Under the pieces are notes generated by a model. That model saw nothing but the letters and a program-made list of their open reading frames with translations. It was not told the DNA's origin and searched no databases. A program made the position numbers and the translations under genes. DNA of 64,000 nucleotides from the human T2T-CHM13v2.0 reference genome, Homo sapiens. Below, one piece after another: positions 1 through 12,720 of the stretch. Numbering within the stretch: the first letter of the stretch is position 1; every line of letters starts with the position of its first letter. The DNA lies in the NCBI RefSeq assembly GCF_009914755.1, contig NC_060935.1; one strand, given 5' to 3'.

Positions 1-1737
1 GTGTTTTGTAGTTTTCATTGTAGAGTTAAATTTTATCAAATCTTTTTTCAGCATCAATTAAAAGGATCATATGGTTTTTATCCTTCATTCAATTGATTTG
101 ATGTATCACACTGATTGATTTGCATATATTGAAGCATCCTTGTATCCCTGAGATAGATCCCCCTTGATCACAACGAGTGATCTTTTTAATGTGTTGTTGA
201 ATTCAGTTTTCTAGTATTTTGTTGAGAATTTTTACATCAATATTAATTAGAAATATTAGCCTGTAGTTTTCTTTCTTTCTCTTTTTTTTTTTTTGATGTG
301 TCTTTTTCTGGTTTTGACATAAGGATAATACTGGCCTCACAGAATGCATTTGAAAAGATTCCCTCCTCTTCTCTTTTTCAGAATAGTTTCAATAAGACTG
401 GTATCAATTCTTTTTCAAATATCTGGTAAAAATTTAGCAGTGAAGACATCACGTCCTGGGCTTTTCCTTGCTGGGAGATTTTTTATTATGGCTACCATCT
501 CATTACTTCTTATTGGTCTGTTCAGGTTTTAGGGTTTTAGATTTCTCCATGGTTCAATCTGGATAGGTTGTATCTGTCTAGGAATTTTTGCATTTCCTCC
601 AGATTTTCCAATGTACTTGCATATAGATGCTCATAGTAGTCTCTAATTAGACTTTGAACTTCGGTGGTATCAGTTGTAATGTCTCCTTTTTCATTTCTGA
701 TTTTATTTAATTGAATCTTTTTTTCTTAGTTGGTCTGGCTAGAGGTTTGTCACTTGTATCTTATGAAAACTAACTTCTTATTTTGTTTATCTATTGTATT
801 TTTGTTTCAATTTCATCTATTTCTGGTCTGATCTTTATTTTATTTTACTAATTTGGGGTTTGGTTTGCTCTTGCTTTTCTTGTTCTTTAAGATGAATCAC
901 TGGTTGTTTATTTGAAGTTTTTCTACTTGTTTAATGTAAGAGTTATTGCTATAAACATTCCTTTTAGTATTGCCTTCAGTGTGTTCCACAGATATTGGTA
1001 TATTCTGTCTCCATTTTTATTTTTTAAGAGATTTTAACATTTCCTTTATTGACACACTAGGCACATTCAAGAGCATATTATTTAATTTCCATGTGTTTGC
1101 ATATTTAATACTTCCCAAAGTTCCTCTTATTATTGATTTTTAGTTTTATCCCATTGTGGACAGGGAAGATATTTTAAATTATTACAATTTTTTAAAATTT
1201 TTTAAGGCTTGTTTCATGGCCCAACATATGGGCAATTCTTAAGAATGACCCCTGTGCTAAGGTGAAGAACATGTACTCTGCAGCCAATGGGGGAACTGTT
1301 CTGTAAACGTGTATTAGGTCCATTTGGTCTATGGTGCAGATTGAGTCTGATTTTTCCTTTATTTTCTGTCTGGATGATCTGTTTAATGCTGAAAGTGGGG
1401 TGTTGAGGTCTCCAGCTATTACTGTATTGAGATTTTTCCCTCTCTTTGGCTTTAATAATATTTGCTTTATATATCTGGGTGCTCCACTGTTAGGTGCATA
1501 TATATTAACAATTACTATATCCTCTTGCTGACTTGACCCCTTATCATTATATAATGACGTTCTTTGTCTCTTTATATAGTTTTTGTCTTCAAAACCATTT
1601 TGTCTGATACAAGTATAGTGACTCCTGCTCTTTTTTGGTTTCCATTTACATTAAATATCTTTCTCCATCTTTTTCTTTCAATCCATGTGTGTTTTATAGG
1701 GGAAACATGTTTCCTGTAGGCCACAGATTTTTGGGTC

Positions 1738-1744
1738 GTGTGTG

Positions 1745-1787
<43 letters not shown>
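1738..1787. repeat. (TG)n microsatellite
   Basis: ~25 TG units with one CG interruption. Confidence 0.97.
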
Positions 1788-1789
<2 letters not shown>

Positions 1790-1911
1790 CTATTCAGCTA
1801 CTCTGTCTTTTAATTGAAGAGTTTTGTCCACTTACATTCAACATTCGTAGTGATAAGTGAAGGCTTATTCCTGTCAATTTGTTATTTGTTTTTTGGTTGT
1901 TTTGTAGTCAT

Positions 1912-2008
1912 CCTTTCCTTCCTGCCTTCCTGCCTGCCTTTCTGCCTTCCTAACTGCCTGCCTTCCTGCCTTCCTGCATTCCCACATCCCTTCCTCCCTT
2001 CCTTCCTG
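1912..2008. repeat. (CCTT/CCTG)n degenerate tetranucleotide repeat
   Basis: Runs of ccttcctg/cctgcctt. Confidence 0.9.
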
Positions 2009-2497
2009 TATTCCATTTAGTGAAGGTGACTTTCTCTGGTGGTATGTTTTAATTTCTTTCTTTTATATTTTGTGTATCTGTTGTAGGTTTTTGGATTTGA
2101 GGTTACTAATGAGGTTTGCAAATAATGCCTCGTAACATGTTATTTTCAACTGATGACAACACAATTGCAAAAACAAGCAGAGGAGCAAAAAGAAAACTAA
2201 TGAAAACTCAACACTTTAACTTCATCCCCCCGATTTTTAACTTTTTATTGTTTCTATTTATATCATATTATACTTTCTATGTCTCCAAAAGTTGTTGTAG
2301 TTGTCATTTTTGATAGCTTTGTCTTTTAGTATTTCTACTCATGATATGAATAGTTTGTATACCATAATTACAGTGTTATAATATTCTATACTTGTCTGTG
2401 TGCTTACTATTACCAGTGAGTTTTGTACCTTCAGATGATTTCTTATTGATCATTAATGTCCTTTTCTTTCAGGCTAAAGAACTCTCTTTAGCATTTC

Positions 2498-3031
2498 TTA
2501 GAAGACAAATCTATTGTATATGAAATCCCTCACCTTTTGTTTGTCTGGGAAAGTCTTCATTTCTCCTTCATGTTTGAAGGATATTTTCACTGTATATATT
2601 ATTCTAGGATAAAAAGCCTTGTAAATATGTCGTGCCATTCTCCCAGCCTGTAAAGATTCTACCGAGAAATCTGCTGCCAGATGTATTGAAGCTCCTTTGT
2701 ATGTTATTTGTTTCTTTTCTCTTGCTGCTTTTAGGATCCTTTCTTTATCCTTGACCTTTGGGAGTTTGATTATTAAATGTTGTGCAGTAGTCTTCTTTGA
2801 GTTAAAATGGCTTGGTGTTCTACAACCTTCTTGGACTTTAGTATTGATATCTTTCTCTACATTTGGGAAGTTCTCTGTTATTATCCCTTCAAATAAACTT
2901 TCTACCCCAAACTCTCCATCTACTTCCTCTTTAAGACCAATAACTCTTAGATTTGGCCTTTTGAGGCTATTTTCTAGGTCTTGTAAGCTTGCTTCATCAT
3001 TTTTTGTTTTTCTTTTGTCTCCTCTGGCCAT
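2498..3031 (-). pseudogene. L1 ORF1p remnant (RRM/CTD region)
   Basis: LQDLENSLKRPNLRVIGLKE...IITENFPN...HLIIKLPKVKDKERILKAAREKKQITYKG...LAADFS matches L1 ORF1p; degenerate. Confidence 0.92.
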
Positions 3032-3189
3032 ATATTTTCAAACTGCCTGTCTTCAAGCTCACTAATTTTTTCTTCTGCTTGATCAGTTCCGCTGTTGAGA
3101 GACTCTTATGCATTGTTCAATATATCAATTGAATTTTTCAGCTCCAGAATTTATGCTTAACTGTTTTTAATTATTTCAGTCTCTGTTAA

Positions 3190-3482
3190 TTTTTTTTTTT
3201 TTTTTGAGACAGAGTCTCACTCTGTTGTCCAGGCTGGAGTGCAGTGGCATGATCTCGGCTCACCGCAACCTCTACCTCCTGGGTTCAAGTGATTCTCCTT
3301 CCTCAGCCTCCTGAGTAGCTGGGACTACAGGCATGTGCCACCATGCCCGGCTAATTTTTTGTATTTTTGGTAGAGATGGGGTTTCACCATGTTAGCCAGG
3401 ATGGTCTTGATCGCCTGACCTCATGATTTGCCCACCTCACCTCCCAAAGTGCTGGGATTACCGGCGTGAGCCATCGTGCCCG
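3190..3482 (-). mobile_element. Alu (AluS, Sc-like) inserted in L1 ORF1 region
   Basis: Poly-T then full dimeric antisense Alu; degenerate TSD tct(c)tgttaa. Confidence 0.96.
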
Positions 3483-4059
3483 ATCTTGTTAAGTTTATCT
3501 GGTAGGATTCTGAATTCCTTTTGTGTTCTTTTGAGTTTCACTGAGCTTCCTCAAAACAGCTATTTTGAATTCTTTGTCTGAAAGGTCACGTATCTCTGTC
3601 ACTGTGGGATTACTCTCTGGTACCTGATTTAGTTTATTTGGTGAGGTCATGTTTTCGTAGATGGTCTTAATGCTAGTGGATGTTGGTCAATGTCTGGACA
3701 TTGAAGAGTTAGGTATTTATTGTAGTCTTTACAGCCTGGGCTTATTTGTACACATCCTTCTTGGGAAGGTTCTCCAATCCAAGTATTCAAAGGTAACTGA
3801 CTATTGTGATCTAAGTATTTGGTCACTATAGCCGTATCTGCACTAGGCGACACCCCAACCCCAAGCCCAAGAACGCTGTGAGTCTTGCAGACCTGTAGAG
3901 GTAACACCGTGGTGTTCTTGAGTGAGATCCAGGAGAATTCCTGAGATTACCAAGTAGAAACTCCTGCTCTCTTCCCTTACTTTCCCTCAAACAAACAAAC
4001 CCTCTCTCTCTGTGCTGAGCTGCCTGGAGCTATGGAGGGATGACAAAAACAACCCTCTG

Positions 4060-5225
4060 GCTACCACCACTGGGACTGTGCTGGATCAGACCTGAAGCCA
4101 GCATGGCACTGGGTCTCGCCCAAGACCCATGTCAATCACTGACTGGTTACCACCGATGTTCCCTCAAGGCTCAAGTGCTTTACCTCCCACAGACAGAAAT
4201 CCAGCTAGGCTTATGGCCTTTTCTTTAGGGCAGCAAGCTTCCCCCAGCCTGCCAGCCCAGGGCACGTCCAGAAATGCCATGTGTTAGCTATGCTGCCTGT
4301 GGTTGAGAAAGAGGAAACACAAGTGCTTCTTGGCCACCCTTGCTGGTGTATCACTAGGTAATGTGCATCCCACGTCCACTGGGATCCAGGATCTAGGTCA
4401 TGTGCATCCGACATCTACTGGGATCCAGGATCTGGATTTGGGAACCTGAAGAAGCCACTTGGTGCTCTATTCAACTGCAGCTGAGCTGGTACCTTAGCCA
4501 CAAGACAAAACCCTTCTCACTTTTCCCTCTTCTCTCCTCAAGCAGAAGGAGCTTCGCCCTGTGGCTGCGAGTGTCTCACTCAGGCCCATGGCAAGTACTG
4601 TCTGGCTACTTCCAATGTTCACTCAAGGCCGGAGGGCTCTTCGGTCAGCTTGTGGTGAATGCTGACAGCCCTGTGCCTCTCCGTTAAGGGCAGTATCCTC
4701 CCTTTGGCCCAGGATGGGACCAAACATTTCATCCAGGAACCAAAGTCTAGAATCAGAAACCCCAGGGGTCCACTTAGTGCTCTACGTCACTGTGGCCAAG
4801 CTGGTACCCAAGCTGCAAGGCAAAGTTCCCTTTATTCTTCCCTTTCCTTTCTTCAAACAGAAGGAATCCCTTCTCCATGGCCACCACAGCTGGGGATGCT
4901 CTGGGTCACACCTGAAGCCAGCCCAGCAATGAGTCTCACCCAAGGCCCATGACACATCTGGCAACAACTGATGCTTATTCAAGGCTCAAGAGCTCATTAG
5001 TCAGCAGGTGTTGAATTCTGCCAGGACTGTGTTATTCCCTTCAAGGCAGCAGGTTCCTTTATGGCCCAGGATGTGTCCAGAAATCTCTTTCAGGAGCTAG
5101 ATCCTGAAATAGGGGCTTCAGGACTCTGCCTAGTGCCCTATTATATAGTTCTGGAGCTGGTATCCAACTTACAAGACAAAGTCCTCTTTACTCTCCCTTC
5201 TCCTCTCCTCAAGCAGAAGGAAGGA
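4060..5225 (-). repeat. Three diverged tandem units in the old L1 5'UTR
   Basis: Recurring blocks such as ctcaaggc..., ctggtac/tcc..caag.caaagt.cc and caa.cagaagga near 4090-4550, 4570-4865 and 4910-5222. Confidence 0.75.
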
Positions 5226-5910
5226 GCAACTATAGAGCTGTTTGCTTATGCTGTCTGTGGTTGAGAGAGAGGAAACACAAGTGCTTCCTTGGCCACCCTA
5301 GCTGGTGTATCACTAGGTCATGTGCATCCCACGTTCACTGGCTCCAAGCTCAGCCCAGCACCAGGACTTACCAAGGAATTTCAGTTATTGTGGCCTTGAC
5401 TGCCTTTCAAATTTATTTAGAGCCCCAGAGCCCTTTAGCATGCAATGGTGGTGCTAGCCGGAACTCAGGTTCTGGCTGCTGAGATGAATGATTCCCCTCT
5501 GGCTAGGGCTGGTCTAAATTCTCCTTATATGTGTGCCAGCCAATTTTTGCTCTGTGTTGCTTTCCATTATTATAGGACAGCACTGATTTCCAATGCCAAG
5601 TCCAGCCATCACTTTGCTCTCCCTCTCCCAAGCACACAGATTCTATGTGCCATGCGGCCAGTCGCTGCCATTGCCAGGGGATGGGTGAGGGATGATGTTG
5701 GCAATTCAAGATGTCTTTGCTTCCTTCTTTAGTGTCTCCTTCCTTGATAGGATTTAAAAACCAGGTACTGTAATTGCTTACCTGATTTTTGGTTCTTATG
5801 AGGGTGCATTCTTGTGTGGATAGTTGGTCAATGTGTTGTTCCTTCTGGCAGGGGTAGGGGGCGATCACTGGAGGGTTCTATTTGGCCATCTTGCACCACT
5901 GCCTCTTCCC

Positions 5911-6292
5911 AATAGATCTTTGACCCACAGTCTCTGCAGTAACTGGCTCAAAATGGTGATGACTTGGTCAATGACTGCCAGCTTCCCTAATTTTTGCTCA
6001 TAGTACCAACATAGAACCAGAGAAGAACAAATATTATCTGCAAACTAATCACATAGGATGTCCCACTTATAGTTAGGCTGCCTCCAAATTCCTCCATGCC
6101 AACAACCTCCAATCTCAACAGACTAGAAGCCTTCCCCCACCACACCCCTTGCTATGATGCTTTCCTACACCCTTACCCACTTTTGAGTCTGCCAAATCCA
6201 AGTGATGGTGGCTGACTCCTTTGCTATATAGAAATTTCTGAATAAATAGCCTCTGCTTGTTCATATTTGAGTGGTCTTCATTTACTTCCACA
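5911..6292 (+). mobile_element. ERVL-type LTR fragment (MER74/MER54-like)
   Basis: 3' LTR features: aagtgatggtggctgactcc..., AATAAA at 6241, terminal ttccaca; 5' part cut off by the L1. Confidence 0.6.
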
Positions 6293-6734
6293 AATATTTG
6301 CAGAAAGTGGAGATTAATTTTATTTAGGATAAGCATTATTCTCAATTTACCAGGGTTAGTTCTGGGTTTTGCCCATTCTCTCTGTGTAATTAATAGTATG
6401 CTCTTTTACTCTCATAAGTGTCCTTGGTTGAACAATAAATTACATAGGTACTATGATTTTAGGCAATTTATTCATTAGACAATGGGAGTAACAGGCAAAC
6501 TGTTATTAAATAACTTGTCCTAGAGCAATGATAGGTAACAAAGAGAAGTGTACTGGGCCGTTAGGTAGCTAACTTCCTCTCTGATCATAAAATCAATTGT
6601 CAGGTTAGAAGGAGAGAAGTATTCTACCTTTTGTATCAGAGTTTTTCTGATGGAATTTCTAGCTTTAGTAAACAGGAGATAGGATTTTAAGAGGTGTCCT
6701 CTTTTCCCCTTGAGGCATTCCTGCCACCCCTGCA

Positions 6735-6761
6735 GGATGATGCAATAGTTGCCATGGCAAA
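6735..6761 (+). promoter_or_regulatory. Abutting ATF4/CEBP (CARE/AARE) site and RFX X-box
   Basis: GGATGATGCAATA (6735-6747) directly followed by GTTGCCATGGCAAA (6748-6761, 13/14 to palindromic GTTGCCATGGCAAC), in apparently unique DNA; function inferred only. Confidence 0.5.
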
Positions 6762-7364
6762 TACTTCTCCCACGCTGCTGGAAGGCCTTCCCATAGCAGA
6801 CTAACTTCTGTTCTGTTCTGTTTCTATTTTCCTTTTTCTCTCTCTGTTACATTGTAAGTTACTCTTGAGTTTAGATTCAGACTATAACCTTCTCTCTAGC
6901 TTCTTTTTTTTTGAAAGCAATTTGCTGTCTGTCTGCTTTTCTGCAACCTACTGTGCATATCCAGAGATAAGCCCTGATGGCAGTCATGTGGAAAAGTGTG
7001 GCAGACAGAAGACATGACCAAAGAAAGCAAGGGCAGGACTGGAATGAGTCAACTGAAAGCAGGGATTCTTCAATTTGCTAATCTCAAGTGCTCTGTTTTC
7101 CAATGAAAATACGAAATTTTGTCATCTAAATGCCCAGTTTATGCAAATGCATGGATTTTCCCTGAAGAACAGCACATTTTATCATACAGTAATATAGATT
7201 CAAGGGCTTCAATGTCAGAAACACCTTGTTTTAAATCCGTAAGGTTCAAGATACTGGAAACAATTTCTTTTTTGGCCACCAATATAAACCTAACCTGGAT
7301 CTTGACAGGTACAAAATACATATTTGTTCCCTGCATGTCTGATTGATTTGTGATCCACCACATA

Positions 7365-7550
7365 TAAGTACCATGACCTTGGTAAGTTACATCATTTCTC
7401 TGAGCCTCAATGTTTCCATGTGTAAAATAAGAAAAATAAAGCCATCTTATAGGATTGCTGCACAATTTAAATGAGACAGAGTATGAGAAATTCCTAGCAG
7501 ATCCCTGCCATGCAGTACATATTTGACAGTTACTGCGTTCATTATTTCTG
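7365..7550 (+). mobile_element. MIR
   Basis: Core tgaccttggtaagttac...ctctgagcctcaatgtttccatgtgtaaaat. Confidence 0.8.
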
Positions 7551-7608
7551 TTGTTATTGAAAAGATCAGTTTAGGAGGGTCCTACTGAAAAACATTTCAG
7601 TAAATACT

Positions 7609-8669
7609 TTTCGGAGGACCCGCCCCGAAAATCACGTAGGTTCTTTTCTATTTTCCTAAGCGTCGGCTGGCTTGAGAAATAAAGGGACAGAGTACAAAAG
7701 AGAGAAATTTTAAAGCTGGGCATCCGGGGGAGACATCACACATTGGTAGGATCCGTGATGGCCCACAAGCCACAAAAACCAGCAAGTTTTTATTAGGGAT
7801 TTTCAAAAGGGGAGGGAGTGTGCGAATAGGTGTGGGTGACAGACATCAAGTACTTAACAGGGTAATAGAATATCACAAGGCAAGTGGAGGCAGGGCGAGA
7901 TCACAGGACCACAGGACCACAGGACCACAGGACCGAGGTGAAATTAAAATTGCTAATGAAGTTGAGACAGGGATTTGAGATCAACCAGTCTGACCAAAAT
8001 TTATTAGGCGGGAATTTCCTCTTCCTAATAAGCCTGGGAGCGCTATGGGAGACTGGAGTTTATTTCATCCCTGCAGTCTCAACCATAAGAGACAGGTACA
8101 CCCTGGCGGGCGGGGGGTGGGCAGTTCAGAGACCTACCCCTAGGTGCGCATTCTCTTCCTCAGGGATATCCCATGCTGAGAAAAAGAATTCAGCAATATT
8201 TCTCCCATTTGCTTTTGAAAGAAGAGAAATATGGCTCTGTTCTGCCTGGCTCACCGGCAGTCAGAGTTTAAGGTTATCTCTCTTATTCTCTGAACAATTG
8301 CTGTTATCCTGTTCATTTTTCAGGGTGCCCACATTTCATATTGCTCAAACACACATGCTGTACAATTTGTGTAGTTAACGCAATTATTACAGGGTTCTGA
8401 GACAATATACATCCTCCTCAACCGACAGGATTAAGAGATTAAATTAAAGACAGGCATAGGAAATCACAAGGGTATTGACTGGGGAAGTGATAAGTGTCCA
8501 TGAAATCTTTACAATTTATGTTTAGAGACTGCAGTAAAGACGGGCATAAGAAATTACAAAACTATTAATTTGGGGAACTAATAAATATCCATAAAATCTT
8601 CACAATCCACGTTCTTCTGCCATGGCTTCAGCCGGACCCTCCGTTTGGGGTCCCTGACTTCCCACAACA
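7609..8669 (-). mobile_element. MER11 solo LTR (HERV-K HML-8), MER11B/C-like
   Basis: Reverse complement begins TGTTGTGGGAAGTCAGGGACCCCAAACGGAGG; ~1.06 kb; 6-bp TSD aatact (7603-7608)/aatacg (8670-8675). Confidence 0.93.
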
Positions 8670-9124
8670 AATACGTCCAACTAATATATTCTGATTATTT
8701 ACACTTAGTTGAATCTCAAATTAGAGTACATCATGCTTAACTGTCACTCATATTTGTACATTTTTAAAGTTTGGAGCATCTGCACTGTGCTAAGAATATT
8801 CCTGATTTCTGGTAGATTTCATACTGCTTTTTCAATGTTCTAACAACTCCTAATTATGAGAAGATTAATAAAAAAAAATCTATGGCTGTCTGTGGGTGTT
8901 ATCTAATTCCAAGCCCTAGTCAGAGCAAATATGGCTATTTTAGTCTCATTACTAGAAAAGTAAAATAAAGATCTTTTGAAAATAGATATAACACAGATCT
9001 ATTCCTCCTAACTTATACAGTGACAAAAATTCTGAATGACAAATAGACTTCCTGAAAGTAGAAGGCTATTTTAATATATTTATGCACATATGCAGCTACA
9101 CTTTAAATATATATAAATCTATAT

Positions 9125-9230
9125 ACATTCATTAACAAAGATTTATTGAGCTCCTAAAAATGCTGTTTGTTCCAGACACTATAGTAGGTATTGATTATAT
9201 AGGGTGAATAAAACAGATAACTTCCTTCTT
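9125..9230 (-). mobile_element. L2 3' end fragment
   Basis: attcattaacaaagatttattgagctcct...gtgaataaaacaga. Confidence 0.6.
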
Positions 9231-9292
9231 GTGTGGAGTCAGTTTCTTTGCTCTTGCTCCTTTTCTCTTGTTCCCTTGCATATAGTCATAAG

Positions 9293-9331
9293 CACACACA
9301 CGCACGTGCATACACACACACACACACGCAC
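9293..9331. repeat. (CA)n-like microsatellite
   Basis: Imperfect CA run. Confidence 0.85.
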
Positions 9332-10164
9332 CCCTCCCACAAGCCTACATGCCTATCTGCGGATATCTGTGAGTATATATGTACACATATAACCCCAAAG
9401 CTTGGTCTACATAATATGAATTCCAAGGAAAATTTGGCTAGAAAAAAAAACTAAACTGCATATTACTAAAAGAAACAATGGAGTTAGTAACCATGAGACA
9501 TTACTTCTTTACATATTTAATTATTTACTTTAAATCTATTTTTACTTTGGTTTGTTTCACATGGTATTTAAAGTAGACTCTACCAGATAAAATGAACTCT
9601 TCATTTCCATTAGGACAGTAAAGCCTAAGGGACAGCTGAGCAATGAATATGGCTTTCTGTTCAGTTTAGTTTTGCCAGAAGCACATCTGCATTGAAACTT
9701 GCATATGCTGAGAGGGAATGACTGACACTTTAAAAACTGTGCTTCTAGTTACACTGCAAGTACCCATACCATTTAGAATGTCTCATAATATGCTAGAAAT
9801 CATGCCAAGAGATTTTTAAAGCATTATTCTAATCTTTACAAGCATCCTATATGGCAAGATCTTCATCTTAAAGATGAGACATGAAGTTTTTATAAACTCA
9901 TGATACATTGTATTAAAAATATGAACTTCACAATTGAGAGAGCATGCTTAAGTTTAGGATAATAGCAACTACTTTATAGTGCTTTGTAAGGAGTAAATTA
10001 AATGGCAAACACTTGGTATATGTTTGTAATTAGGGTAGGACCTAATTATTAAGACCAGAGCATAAACAGAAATAAAATGTTTGATTTGTCATTCTTCTCT
10101 TTTATAAATACCGACGAGCATTAAAATTTTAACTACAATAAGTCCTCATATGTACATGGCTTTA

Positions 10165-10304
10165 ATACATACATATATATATACACATATATATACACAT
10201 ATATATGCATTCTATATATATATACACATATATATGCATTCTATATATATATACACACACATATATATGCATTCTATATATATATACACACACGTATATA
10301 TATA
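10165..10304. repeat. Compound (TA)/(CA) minisatellite with three ~30-bp units containing gcattc
   Basis: atatatgcattctatatatatatacac(ac) repeated three times. Confidence 0.93.
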
Positions 10305-10822
10305 ATATTTATAGTGTTTTGTGATTATTTTAGTTTGCATATCCAGGGCCACATACAAGATATGCAAAAATATATGTGGTTCATTTTAAAGAATGTATAA
10401 ACATATGCAGATCATTCTGAAATATATATAGGCATTAAATTAATATACACTAAAATTCACTCTTATTCTTACTGCATTTAAAATCTTAAGAGTTAATACT
10501 ATTGCTCTGTGTTTTGAAAATGCTTGACTTACTGGGAAACCAGTCATTGAATATGTGGATTTAGAAACTGCATAATTATAAATTTTCTCCAGAGTGGTCC
10601 TCACTCACAGGTGGTAACCTTAAAAAGCTTATAATGTGTCCTTTTCTAATAAACAATGTAACAATTAAATGCTTTTTCTTATCTCTCAGGGTACAAATCC
10701 AATTATGCTTACTTCTTCCTGATTGTACTTTGTATCAGCCATTAAATATACAAAAGAAATCTAAGACGTAAAGTAACTCACTGCCTCTAATGTGCCCCTC
10801 CATTAGCATGACCTTTTTCTCA

Positions 10823-11143
<321 letters not shown>

Positions 11144-11379
11144 TCAACAAGAGTGAGGTGCTGCAGTTTAATATTAAAAAAAAAAAAAAGACTGGACACA
11201 TGCAGGAATTGTGGCTAGGCCTCTATCTTTAATGTGCTCACATGTAAAGTAAATAGTGAGGGTTGAGAATAGAGATTTTAAAAAAAGAATGTAATATTTA
11301 AGGTCATTATGAAGCACATGATTTTATGTTTATGTGTTAACAGTCCCAGAACTACATTGCTGAAAGGGTACATTGAGGG

Positions 11380-12720
11380 TTGTAAAATCTGTTCCTACAA
11401 CCCAATACCAATTCAGACCTAAAGATGATTTTTCCATTTGTCTTTACAACCAATTCCAAACTTAAAGTCACTAGTCTCCAAGGTTTTCCGTGAGCTGAAA
11501 CTTCTTAGCCTTTTCAACTTTATTTTCTACCAGTTTCTCAAAGTGCTTTCAGCTTGTTCATTCCACTTTGTAAATTAGGTTTCATGAAATCTTTCCCACC
11601 TTTTCATTTCTCCTGCCACTACCCTAGCTTAGATCTTCATTTTTTAAAACCTGGTCCATTATAATAATATCACAATTATCATCCTGGCTGTAGTCTCACA
11701 CCCATCTTTACATTGCCTCTACAATTACCTCTTTGAACAAACAAATCGGTTCATGTCATTTTCTGAGGTGGAATTGGGGGTGTTTCCTATAGTTCCTGGT
11801 CATCTGTTGGATAATATCCAAATGCTTACTGGGTCTTGGATTATTTCATTCCAACATTATTTCTCCAGCCATATCTTCTGCTAAAACACAATGACACAGT
11901 CAAGTCTGAAGTTCCCCGGATGTGCAATTGATTCTCATATTTCTATTTTTTCATAGTAATTGTCTCAGCCTATAATACTGTTCCCCCTGCCTTTACCTGG
12001 CCAGCTACTTCCCATCCATTCCCCACTGTGCCATACTGCAGGAGAAATTAGGGGTAAGCCATAGCTATTCATCTTGAGAAACTTAATTTTAATTCAGCTC
12101 ATCCATTTTTTAGCTTTGTAACTATGGACAGTTTACTTAATCTATCAAAATCTTATTCCCCTTATCAATAAAATAAAAATACTTATCTCTAATTTGCAGG
12201 GTAGTTGCAAATATTAAGTGGGATAATATAAGTTTAGCACCCGGCATATGGTATTCTTCTTTTAATCATGTTCCATCCTACTTTATTTTCCATATTGCAT
12301 ACAATATGATGTCTCTAGAATGCAAAACTAATCATATCATTTCTTTGCTTCAAGTCCTTCAATGCATTCCTATTTCTACAGCCTACAAGTCTCCCCTTGT
12401 TATCCAATACAGCCTTATTTCTCACCACCGCCCTTCTTCAATGCTTTGTTCCAGGCAGTTGAAATGCTTCAAGTTCCTCAACTGTACCAAATTTTCCCTC
12501 ACCTCTGGGCCTTAGTATGCTAAGGTGTGCCTTAGTATATACATTGTTCCCTCTTCCATGAACACCATTTTCTATCATGCCTCTCTTTACACGTATCCTG
12601 TATGAACCATTATCACATTTACCTTTCCGCTTGATTTTATTGCTCTTCCCCTCACTATTAGGATTGGGATTTATGTCAGTCTTGGTCACGGTGACTCTTT
12701 AGTGCCCTACATAGCTTTTA
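11380..12720 (+). mobile_element. Decayed L2 fragments with an embedded MIR (~12050-12250)
   Basis: L2-like pyrimidine-rich tracts; MIR core actatggacagtttacttaatct. Confidence 0.55.

Larger units (their letters stand above)
1..5910 (-). mobile_element. Old LINE-1 (L1MA/L1M1-type): 5'UTR, ORF1, inter-ORF region and 5' part of ORF2; continues beyond window start
   Basis: T-rich antisense L1 ORF2 sequence at 1-1900; ORF1 remnant at 2498-3031; L1 5' terminus with YY1 motif (ggccatcttg, 5884-5893) ending near 5910. Confidence 0.9.

Noticed and set aside
1635-2020. ORFs with CVCVCV and LPSCLP repeats (also 9204, 19319, 20070)
   Set aside because: Translations of microsatellites
6721-6737. CTCF site
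   Set aside because: Spacing does not fit the core motif without a gap
7884-8378. 164-aa ORF
   Set aside because: Lies antisense inside the MER11 LTR, non-ATG start, no recognisable domain
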